Shown here one piece after another: positions 1 through 9,765 of a DNA stretch of 64,000 bases (the first letter of the stretch is position 1; every line of letters starts with the position of its first letter). Source of the stretch: Eledone cirrhosa (Eukaryota); the NCBI GenBank assembly GCA_964016885.1, contig OZ024740.1, positions 37,138,001-37,202,000 on the forward strand, in the 5' to 3' direction. The position numbers were made by a program, and so were the translations under genes. The notes beneath the pieces are model-generated. The model was not told the origin of the DNA and made no database searches. It saw only the letters and a list, made by a program, of their open reading frames with translations.

Positions 1-3000
1 AAGAAAAAAGAAAAAACAAACAACAAAACCAAAGCAGCACAGCAACAACAGCAAAAACGAGAAAAACAAACAGAGAAAAACAAAAACAAAAAAAGAAACC
101 CCCAAAACGTAAAGAAAATAAGAATGAAGAGAGAAGCAGGCGGACGGACAGAGAAGAGGGGGGAAAAAGTAAAACTTAAAAAACAAAAACTAAGTCAGAC
201 ATTCGAATACTACATTACAATGAAACTTATGCTTATTCATTTTCGGGGCCCTTTCTGCCCGTGTGTTTGTTTGTTTATGTGTGTTCGTATACAGCGTGGT
301 GATAATGCCACACAAGGGCCAAGTGGGATGGCGGATCCACAGATGGCTATGTAAACATACATTCGCCAATCCTCGATAAGAGTGTTTAAATATCGAACAT
401 AAACAGTTCGAATAACGGTGAAATGGAGACTAGAACGTCATGTGACAGACTCTCACCCAACAGGTGCCCCCTGGCTCAGCAGCAGGAACCTGACTGTCAA
501 CCAAATACTGCTGATGTTGGAGGAAGAAGAAAAAGGAAAGGGGCCAGAACCAACTGGACGAAAGAATTGAATAGAACTGTTATGCAATGCTACCTGAAAA
601 GTAACCCCAAGGAGAGGGGCTACAGGAGACGGATGCATAACATCTGGAACGAGATTGGTTTATTTAAATTAGATGAACAAAAATTGGCCGGGCAGGCTTG
701 GGTAATAAGAACTAATGGGTGGATAAGCGAGCTGGAACTGGAGGAACTGAGCAGAGAGAATGGCTTGGAGATGGCGGGTGTAGTATGCCAGACAAGCGAG
801 CCGGTGGGAAATGAAGGTGAGGAGGTCCTGAGAACGGAGGAACCACCCGAAGCAGACAATGATCTGAATACTGAGATAAATAATACCTGGAACAGAGATA
901 CGGCCACTGAGGAGATGAATGCTGACGGGCTAGGACAAGATTCGGTTGACATCCTAAATTTAGTGGTAGATGAATTGAACAATGATAGTGGGAGACCTAT
1001 GAACCTAAGATTTGTAGACAGGAAAAAGTTAAAAGAAACAACAGCTAAGGTAAACAAAGTCATCCCATACCTTGAGGCGAGGAGCCTTCACCAGTGCAAC
1101 AATATCCTCAAAGCAACAGCAAATACGGTGAGGAAACTACTTGGTATAAAAGCGAGAGGAAACAACAGACAAGAAAGAGCAGAGCCGTGGTGGAAGAAGC
1201 GACTGAGTGGGCAAATCGGGGAAATGAGAAATGACATAGGAAAGCTTGAGTCACTACTGAATGGGACACTAAAAAACATAGGCACTAAAAATAGACTGGA
1301 AATAAAATACAAAACTAGGAGTAAAAAGCTAAATATTATCATAGAGGAATTGAAGCAACGCATTGTAGCAAAGAGTGCCAAAATCAGGCGATACGAGAAC
1401 AGAGTCAGTCAGTATAAACAGAACCGCATGTTCGACAACAACCAGAAGATGCTGTTTGGACAGCTTGAGGGGAAAGAAAGAGGCAACGACTTGATCCCTG
1501 GGGCGGAACAAACTAAAACATTCTGGAGAGGAATATGGGAGCAGGATGTTAGACACAATGCCCAGGCAGGGTGGATTGAGACAGTACAGAGGGAGATCGG
1601 TGAGCAGGCACAACAACAGACTGATTTGAGTATCACAGTTGAAACTCTTAAGGGGCAAGCCAAAATACTAACCAACTGGAAATCACCAGGCCCAGATGGT
1701 GTGCAGAGGTATTGGCTTAAACATTTAACATCCCTCCACCCGAAGCTGACGGCCATGTTCAATGACTGCTTGGTGTCGGGTGAGGTGCCAGAGTGGTTGA
1801 CAAAAGGTACCACAGTTCTGATAATGAAAGACCGAATCAAGGGTAATGATGTTACCAACTATAGACCTATCACATGTCTGCCCGTAATGTGGAAACTGTT
1901 GACGAGCATTGTGTCTGAGGAAATCTACCATCACCTCCACACAAACAACTTGTTACCGGACGAACAGAAAGGATGCCGAAAGAAGTCACGTGGTACAAAG
2001 GACCAGTTGCTTATTGATAAGATGGTAATGGGGAATTGCAGGAGGAGACACACTGATCTTGCCATGGGATGGATAGACTACAGAAAGGCATTTGACATGG
2101 TGCCTCATTCTTGGATCACCAAAAGCCTGGAGATCTTCAGGGTGGCAGATAGCATCAGACAGTTGCTGGGCAGGAGTATGGGGTCCTGGGAGACAGAGTT
2201 GACATCAACTGGAGTATCCTTGGGAAGCGTGAAGATCAAGAGAGGTATCTTCCAGGGAGATAGCCTGTCCCCTCTGTTGTTTGTCCTTGCCCTGATGCCC
2301 TTGACCATTATGCTGCGAAAAGTGAGAGCAGGATACAAGTTGGGAAGGGGAGAGCTTACCATCAATCACCTCCTCTTCATGGACGATCTTAAGCTCTTCG
2401 GGAAAAGTGAGAAGGAGTTGGATGTGCTTGTTGACACTGTCCGTATTTTCAGCAGTGATATATGTATGCAGTTTGGTATTGGTAAATGTGGAGTCATTGT
2501 GATGAAGAGGGGTAGGTTGAGCAGAAGTAACGGGATCCAGATACCAACAGGTGAGATGATAAGGGAAATTGACTCTGAGGAAGGATACAAGTATTTGGGC
2601 GTTCTGGAGGCTGATGGCATAAAGAACAAAAAAATGAAGGAATTGTTAAGAACTGAATACATTCGGAGAGTAAGGAGCGTATTGAAGTCACATCTGAACA
2701 GCAGAAATGCCATAAGCGCAGTAAATTCCCGAGCTGTGTCTATTATTAGGTACAGTGCGGGAATTCTGAGATGGAATGTTGCTGAACACAAAGAAATGGA
2801 TAGGAAGACTAGGAAGCTATTGACTATCTACAACATGTTCCACAAGAGGAGTGATGTCGATAGACTCTACCTAAGGAGATCTGAGGGTGGAAGAGGTCTT
2901 ATCAGCATAGAGGACTGTGTTCAGATGGAGAAAAACAACCTATACAAATACGTGACCTATAGTAAGGAGCCAATGCTCAGAACTGTACTGAAGGAGGGGA

Positions 3001-3888
3001 CAGTAGGCCAGGGGATGTCCAAGGAGGAAATAACATCAAGGAGGAAGAGCAGCCTTAAGGGAAAATCCCTTCATAGTACCTTCTTTGAGAAAACTGAATT
3101 TAGAGATCCACAGACATGGAACTGGTTGAGAAGAGGAGACCTCAAAAAGGCTACAGAAGGAATGCTAATGGCTGCGCAGGAGCAGGCCCTCAAAACGAAG
3201 TGGTTGAAGCACCATATCTACAAGGAGGAGGCTAGCCCACTGTGCAGGATCTGTGGAGAGAGAGAGGAGACTGTGGCTCACATTGTGTCCGAGTGTAAAC
3301 ACCTAGCCCAGACCCACTATAAGGGCTGGAGACACGATGTGATGGGCAGGGTGATCCACTGGCAGCTGTGCAAAGTAAACAATCTACCACATTCTGAGAA
3401 ATGGTATGAGCATAGGCCAGAGGTGGTGATGGAGAACAGTCAGGTGAAGGTGCTGTGGGATTTTAGGATACAGACGGACAAAAAACTGGAACACAATAGA
3501 CCTGACCTGGTGGTTGTGGACAAAGAAAAAAGATCGTGCCTGATTGTGGATGTGGCCTGCCCGTTCGACACGAGAGTGCAAGAGAAGGAGAGGGAGAAAA
3601 TTAACCGATACCAGGACCTAAAGTGGGAGGTGAAAAGGATTTGGAACTGCCATGAAGTCAAAGTGATCCCGATTGTCATAGGCGCACTGGGGACTATCTC
3701 CAAAGGTTTCCAGGGATGGTTAAAGAAAATCGGCCCCTTCACGCTTTTTGGAACGCTTCAAAAGGCATGCTTGCTTGGAACAGCAAGAACCCTCCGATAC
3801 GTCCTGAATATCTGAGGCTGCAGGTAGTGGCTTGATATTCAATCCAACGGACTTTCCAGTTAACCAACATCAATGACTGAGATTCAAG

Positions 3889-3889
<1 letters not shown>
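1..3889 (+). mobile_element. R4/Dong-clade RLE non-LTR retrotransposon, family A copy A1 (5' end outside window)
   Basis: 5' region homologous to copies at 15793 and 39545; intact ORF; short 3'UTR ending CAATGACTGAGATTCAAGG directly before (AAT)24. Confidence 0.93.
423..3815 (+). CDS. Intact 1130-aa RT / CCHC zinc finger / PD-(D/E)xK restriction-like endonuclease protein
   Basis: [44 protein letters not shown] (RT); CRICGEREETVAHIVSEC (CX2CX8HX4C); RHD; NRPDLVVVD...VDVACP...EKINRY (RLE). Confidence 0.95.
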   Translation: METRTSCDRLSPNRCPLAQQQEPDCQPNTADVGGRRKRKGARTNWTKELNRTVMQCYLKSNPKERGYRRRMHNIWNEIGLFKLDEQKLAGQAWVIRTNGWISELELEELSRENGLEMAGVVCQTSEPVGNEGEEVLRTEEPPEADNDLNTEINNTWNRDTATEEMNADGLGQDSVDILNLVVDELNNDSGRPMNLRFVDRKKLKETTAKVNKVIPYLEARSLHQCNNILKATANTVRKLLGIKARGNNRQERAEPWWKKRLSGQIGEMRNDIGKLESLLNGTLKNIGTKNRLEIKYKTRSKKLNIIIEELKQRIVAKSAKIRRYENRVSQYKQNRMFDNNQKMLFGQLEGKERGNDLIPGAEQTKTFWRGIWEQDVRHNAQAGWIETVQREIGEQAQQQTDLSITVETLKGQAKILTNWKSPGPDGVQRYWLKHLTSLHPKLTAMFNDCLVSGEVPEWLTKGTTVLIMKDRIKGNDVTNYRPITCLPVMWKLLTSIVSEEIYHHLHTNNLLPDEQKGCRKKSRGTKDQLLIDKMVMGNCRRRHTDLAMGWIDYRKAFDMVPHSWITKSLEIFRVADSIRQLLGRSMGSWETELTSTGVSLGSVKIKRGIFQGDSLSPLLFVLALMPLTIMLRKVRAGYKLGRGELTINHLLFMDDLKLFGKSEKELDVLVDTVRIFSSDICMQFGIGKCGVIVMKRGRLSRSNGIQIPTGEMIREIDSEEGYKYLGVLEADGIKNKKMKELLRTEYIRRVRSVLKSHLNSRNAISAVNSRAVSIIRYSAGILRWNVAEHKEMDRKTRKLLTIYNMFHKRSDVDRLYLRRSEGGRGLISIEDCVQMEKNNLYKYVTYSKEPMLRTVLKEGTVGQGMSKEEITSRRKSSLKGKSLHSTFFEKTEFRDPQTWNWLRRGDLKKATEGMLMAAQEQALKTKWLKHHIYKEEASPLCRICGEREETVAHIVSECKHLAQTHYKGWRHDVMGRVIHWQLCKVNNLPHSEKWYEHRPEVVMENSQVKVLWDFRIQTDKKLEHNRPDLVVVDKEKRSCLIVDVACPFDTRVQEKEREKINRYQDLKWEVKRIWNCHEVKVIPIVIGALGTISKGFQGWLKKIGPFTLFGTLQKACLLGTARTLRYVLNI

Positions 3890-3961
<72 letters not shown>
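3890..3961. repeat. (AAT)24 microsatellite between A1 tail and SINE tail
   Basis: Direct read. Confidence 0.98.
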
Positions 3962-4262
3962 TGTTTCTACTTTTTGGCACAAGGCTAGCAATTACCAGCG
4001 CATTACTGGTACTTTATTTTATCGACCCTGTAAGGATGAAAGGCAAAGTTAACCTCGGCGGGATTTGAACTCTCTGTGTCAAAGCATGGCGTCCGACCTT
4101 CTACCGATACTGCCAATCCACCGCCATAACTGGTACTTTATTGTATCGACCTCGTAAGGATGAAAGGCAAAGTTAACCTCGGCAGGATTTGAACTCAGAT
4201 CATAAAGGGCCATAACTCTATGCTGCAAAGCATGGTGCCCGACCCTCTACCGATACTGCCAA
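3962..4262 (-). mobile_element. Two tandem tRNA-derived SINE copies (3962-4125 internally deleted; about 4128-4262 lacking its 3' tail)
   Basis: Minus strand A box TGGCAGTATCGG, B box GAGTTCAAATCC, core GCCTTTCATCCTTAC.GGGTCGAT (Deu/Nin-like from memory), tail GTAGAAACA(ATT)n; homologous to 8881 and 15542. Confidence 0.88.
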
Positions 4263-4581
4263 ATTAGGGAACAAAGAATCAGTATTGCATCATATATATA
4301 TTTAATCACATATTACATATGTTTCACAACCCCAACCAGCCTGCCACTGCTGCTGTTCTGTTAACAAATTGGCAGCTTGATTCTAACAAGTCGTATACCA
4401 ATATCGACAAGGAAATTTAGTAGTAAGCTTGATATTTGGATCCCTCAAATGGACTAGCTGCTGATTAGAGTTACTAGTCCCGAATTTGTTGGTTATTGGT
4501 TTATGATTATTAGATAATTAGCAGATTCTGTTTTGGTCTCGAAACAGTGCTGTACAAGCAAATATAAGAATGTATGTATTA

Positions 4582-4756
4582 CTAGACCACCCGTGACCCA
4601 TTGGGTCAAAATATTTTTTTTTAAATCATGTTAACTTAAAAATAATTTTTAAATAATTAAAATACACACAGACATATATATAATGTGAAATGAAACTGGA
4701 AGGCCCATATATATATATATATACGTGTGTGTGTATATATATAAATGTGTGTTTGT

Positions 4757-4791
<35 letters not shown>

Positions 4792-4848
4792 TGTGCGTGT
4801 GTATATATATGTGTGTGGGTGTCTGTGATCTATATACACTGGTCATAG

Positions 4849-4879
<31 letters not shown>

Positions 4880-5209
4880 TACATATATATACACACACAA
4901 ACTCACATATGAAACGTAATCCTGGTATGTGTATATGCATTTTTTCTTCTAACTTTAATTTTATACCTAATTGTGTATGGTTAACGATATATTTAATCGA
5001 TTTACACGTGCTATTGAAATGGTGGGTAAATATTCTATGGCTGTTGATAGCGAATAGATGGCTATCGTTTATTTATCTATTATTTCTTCACGTGTGTCTT
5101 TTAATCTTATAGCCTGGTTTAATTGGTTTTTTTGTGTGGTTGATTATGCTAATTGGGAGAGGAAATTGAGTATATATTTTATCATATGATTCTAAGGACA
5201 TAATTTATA

Positions 5210-5279
<70 letters not shown>

Positions 5280-5657
5280 TATAAGGTATGTCCATAGAAT
5301 CATTTGATAATATATATATATATATACATACAATACCACCAGCTCTCTCTTCGAAGGATAATCGAAGAGAGAGCTGTCTCCTCTCCCTCTCTCTACGTCT
5401 CTCTATCAATCTACTCTCTCACAACCACTATCTCGTTCTCTCTCTCCTTCTCTCTCATATTTATGAAGATACCCGGAAAAACCCCTATCTCGGGAACCCG
5501 TGTACCGATTTACGCGAAACTTGTTTTATTCCATTTGTATTCGCATTTCACGGTCAACTTCCTTTCAACGTATTTCCCCATTATGCGCCATTTTGGCTGT
5601 ATTACATTACAGACAAGCAAACAAGCAAACAATCACAGAGTTTTAGTATTATATGGA
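4582..5657 (-). mobile_element. Non-autonomous Helitron, complete ends
   Basis: Minus strand A|TCCATATAATACTAAAAC... to hairpin TGACCC-AAT-GGGTCA then CGGGTGGT CTAG|T; 5' ~300 bp repeated at about 27630-27957; interior rich in (TA)n/(CA)n. Confidence 0.8.
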
Positions 5658-5920
5658 TGACAACTGTATGTGTTAAAAAAAAAGATACTGGCCATTTCAA
5701 ATTATGAAAATTGTAACTACATTAACATTTTCATATGCTAAGCTGTTGAATCATGAATTTTCCTCTGCTTCACTGCAAGGGTTCCTGCCTGGGACTGTTG
5801 TCATACAATTCATACAATGCGTGCGCCCCAAATGGATTTGTTGAGCAAATTGTAAGCAATGAGATCGAAATCACCGTATATCGATCTAAATACTTATTTT
5901 ACATATATATATATTTTTTT

Positions 5921-5951
5921 TTGTAAACCCTTTGTTGTCAATAAAGAAAAC
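5921..5951 (+). mobile_element. Tx1 3'-terminal stub in + orientation
   Basis: TGTAAACCCTTTGTTGTCAATAAAGAAAAC-ATTATT resembles the Tx1-B terminus TGTAAACCCTTGTGGTTAATAAAGAAAAC-ATTATT. Confidence 0.65.
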
Positions 5952-6349
5952 ATTATTATGATTATATGTCATCATGTGTGCGTACATTCACATAAAACAA
6001 CGCAAAATAATCACGTACACAACGTGAAAATCTATATTAAATATGAATAGGTGTTTTCCTGTGTGCGCACATGTTTAAAACGAAGTCCTTGTCTGAGTGG
6101 GCGGTAAAATCAATAGTTATGGAGTTAACAGGTTATGTCATAGTTTATAGAAATTCTTGCGTGTAAATGACTAACATGTTTTGTCTGTGTGTGTTAACAG
6201 TTCTGTGTTGTGCTTAGTTGTTTGCAACAGTAGGGTGTGGAGATGTGTACATTTATCATCGCAGACTATGGAACTGCTAGTTCCATAACATCTAACGAAA
6301 ACATGTGTATTAAAATATATAACTTACCTCTATGTTTATATATCTCTTC

Positions 6350-6817
6350 AACAAAGGCTTCATCAGTTTGGATCCTTGTATAAGGAGTGAAAGGAGAATG
6401 CTTGCAAAATATTTGATAAACAGTGAAGAAGAGATATTGGTATAAATGCAGTAGAAATAGTTAGAAAGGAAGGGTTTAACCAAAGAGCAGAAGAGAAAAG
6501 AAAAGAAGATCTAGGGATGAGAATGTATGGTCAGTTTAAGAGAAATACACATGATATCAAGGATAAAACAACATCATGGACATGGCTTAAGCAAGGTGAT
6601 TTGAAACGTGCCACTGAAAGCCTTATAGTTGCAGCGCAAGACCAAGCTTTTGATACAATTCGGTGAAATATAACATCTATAAAACTTCTGACACCCAGAA
6701 ATTCAGGTCTGTAGAATGAATGTGGAAAATTTGGCCCACTTGGTAAGTGGGTAGGAGAGCCTTGTGCAAAAAGAATTCAAGCGCCGCCATGATAAAGTCT
6801 GTCTATAACTTCATTGG
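6350..6817 (+). pseudogene. Fragment of a third R4/Dong-like family (E), linker to zinc-finger region
   Basis: Manual translation gives MYGQF...SWTWLKQGDLKRATESLIVAAQDQA...KRRHDKV, homologous to A (WLRRGDLKKATEGMLMAAQEQA) but distinct in DNA. Confidence 0.8.
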
Positions 6818-8777
6818 CATTCTTAAAAAGCAGGCCAATAAACTAACCAACTCGACATCACCATGCCCAGATGATATGCAAGGATATTGGATAAAAAATA
6901 TAACATCCCTCCACCCAAAACTGACAGCCATGTTCAATAACTGCTTGGTGTCGGGTGAAGTACCAGAGTGGTTGACAAAAGGTACCACAATTCTGGTAAT
7001 GAAAGACCGAATCAAGGGTAATGAAGTTACCAACTATAGGCCTATCACATATCTATCTGTAATGAGGAAACTGTTAACAAGTATTTTGTCTGAGGAAATA
7101 TTCTATCACCTCCACATAAACTTATTGCTGGTCGAACAGTAAGGATGCCGAAAGAAGTCCCGTGCTACAAAAGACCAGGTACTTATTAATAAGTTGGTAA
7201 TAAGGAATTGCAAGAGGAAACATACTGGTCTTGCCATGGTATGGATAGACTACAAGAGAGCATTCGACATGGCTCCTCATTCTTGGATAATAGAAAACCT
7301 AGAGATCTTAAATGTGGCAGACAACATCAGACAGCTATTAATTAATAGTAGGAAGTCCTGGGAGACAGCTAACATCAGGTGGAGAATCATTGGGCGAGTG
7401 AAGATCAAGAGAGGTATCTTCCAAGGAGATAGTTTGTCCCCTTTATTGTTTGTCCTTACCCTCATACCCTTGTCCCTCATATTGTGAAAAATGAAAGCAT
7501 GATACAAGCTGGGAAGAGGAGAGCTTATCCTCAACCACTTCCTCTTCGTGGACGATCTAAAACTCTTTGGGAAAAGCGAGGAGTTGGATGTATTTGTTAA
7601 CACTGTCTGTATTTTCAGCAATGATATATGTATGGAATTTGGTGTTAATAAGTGTGGAGTCCTAGTAATGAAGAGGGGTAAATTGAACAGAAGCAACGGA
7701 ATCCAGGTACCAACAGGTTAGATGATAAAGGAAATCGACACCGAAGAGGGATACAAATATTTGGGTATTCTGGAGGTAGATGACATCAAGAACAATAAAA
7801 TGAAGGAATTGATAAGATCAGAATACATAAGGAGAATAAGGAACATACTAAAATCAGATCTAAATAGTAGGAATGTCATAAGTCCAGTAAATTCCCGAAA
7901 TGTGTCTATTATTAGGTGCAGTGTGGGAATTCTGAAATGGAATGTTACTGAACAAAAACAAATGGATAGACTCTACTTAAGGAGACCTGAAGGTGGAAGA
8001 GGTTTTATCATCATAGAGGACTGTGTTCAGATGGAGAAAATCAGTCTGCACAAATATGTGTCTGAGAGTAGGGAGCCAATGCTCAAAGTTGTACTGAAGG
8101 AGAAGACAATAGAGTAGGGGATGTCAAAGGAGGATGTAACAACAAAGAAGAAGAGCAACCTAAATGAAAAATCCCTTCATAGCACCTTCATTAAGAAAAC
8201 TGAATTCAGAGATCCACAGATATGGAACTGGTTAAAAAGAGGAGACTTTTAAAAAGCTACAGAAGGAATGCTAATGGATGCACAAGAGCAAGCCCTCAGA
8301 ACGAAGTGGGTGAAATACCATACTGACAAGGAGGAGGCTAGCTCACTGTGTAGGATCTGTGGAGAGAGAGAGGAGACTGTGACTCACATTGTATCCGAAT
8401 GTAAAAACCTAGCCCAGACTCACTATAAAGGCTGGAGGCATGATATAATAGGAAAGGTGATTCACTGGTATGAGCATAAGCCAGAGTCGGTAATAGAAAA
8501 CGATGAAGTGAAGGTGCTATGGGATTTCAGGATACAGACAGACAAGAAATTAGAACACAATGGGCCTGACCTGGTGGTTTTTGACAAGGTAAAAAAATTG
8601 TGCCTGATTGTAGATGTAGCCTGCCCCTTTGATACAAGAGTGCAAGCAAAGGAGGAGAAAATTAACCGATACCAGGATTTAAAGTGTGAATTTAAAACGG
8701 ATTTGGGACTGTCATGAGATCATCCCGATTATCATAGGAACACTGGGTATTATAACATCAATGACTGAGACTCCAAG
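6818..8777 (+). mobile_element. Family A copy A2, 5'-truncated and decayed
   Basis: ORF pieces 6747-7142, 7194-7487, 7722-8117, 8268-8717 align to A1; ends CATCAATGACTGAGACTCCAAG-AAAATAAT. Confidence 0.92.
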
Positions 8778-8786
8778 AAAATAATA

Positions 8787-9499
8787 TAAACTATAATAAA
8801 GGAAGGTCTGCGGGACTGCGTACGGTTTATTATTTTTTATCCCGTTAGTAAAATAAGTTGGATTACTTTGAATAAATAATTGTTTCTACTTTAAGCACAG
8901 TGCATTACTGGTACTTTATTTTATCGACCCCGTAAGGATGAAAGGCAAAGTCAACCTCGGCGGGATTTGAACTCAGATCGTAAAGGGACGTAACTATGCT
9001 GGAAAGCATGGCGTCCGACCCTCTGCCGATACTGCCAATCCACTGCCAATCCACTTTGAATAAATAATGAATGAATATTACATAATTTATCTACTAAATT
9101 TCGTAGACAAAAATAATTTCGTAAAAATAAATAATTTAAAATTTACTTCTTTTCAAAGTTGCACTTCCGGAATCGTTGCCACCACCACCTCAACTACCAT
9201 ATATATTGAAAAAGAGAGAGTGTATTGTCAACACTTCCGGTGGCGATCATTTAAATAAACATACTAATTTTCTCCTAATGCGGTTTATATATAATATCGT
9301 CTTTTTTTAATGTATCATAGATTACGTTAGTAATTACATCAGACAGTGTAGCAACGTCTTCGTTCAATTTCTGTTTATATTGTCAATTACGATTTTATTT
9401 GATGTATCATATCTACATGTATATATACTTGCGTATAATATCAAAATAAACACTACACATGCTAGCAGAAAACCACCCGAACGGTGGTTCTTCTGCTAG
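8787..9499 (+). mobile_element. Possible non-autonomous Helitron (3' end clear, 5' end uncertain)
   Basis: Hairpin AACCACC-CGAAC-GGTGGTT, 6-nt spacer, CTAG|T at 9496-9500; left boundary is a guess. Confidence 0.45.
8881..9052 (-). mobile_element. tRNA-derived SINE with 16-bp TSD
   Basis: A/B boxes as above; ACTTTGAATAAATAAT at 8865-8880 and 9053-9068. Confidence 0.92.
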
Positions 9500-9765
9500 T
9501 AATAATAATAATAATAATGCTTTCTTTATTAACCACAAGTGTTTACATAAAGTAGACATTAAGGACAGTACAGGACAATACAGGACGGTACAAATGGACA
9601 TTTCTGCGTGTAAAACAAAACAGAGGATGTAATAAAAATTAACAATGAAAAATTCCCCAATAGGGGGGAGACTTCCGAGGGACATTTGTGGAGAAAGCCT
9701 ATTAAAAAGCCACAGTGACCCTGACAACCAGGGCAAGTGCCCTCTCCCAGTTTTCCACCTTTAAT

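Noticed and set aside
241-390. HDV-like ribozyme in the family A 5'UTR (TCCTCG motif at about 370)
   Set aside because: No P3 or P1 pairing around the motif, and A4 reads TCCTGG
453-3742. Antisense and alternate-frame ORFs over the LINE coding regions (here and throughout)
   Set aside because: Shadows of the element ORFs; they recur only because the elements are repeated
4649-5409. YIYI/CVCV/THTH and poly-I/L/R/S ORFs (also 25348-25601, 27271-27564, 32603-33062)
   Set aside because: Translations of microsatellites
9163-9240. Two ACTTCCGG (ETS-like) motifs suggesting a host promoter
   Set aside because: No adjacent gene; probably inside a repeat element; motif too short
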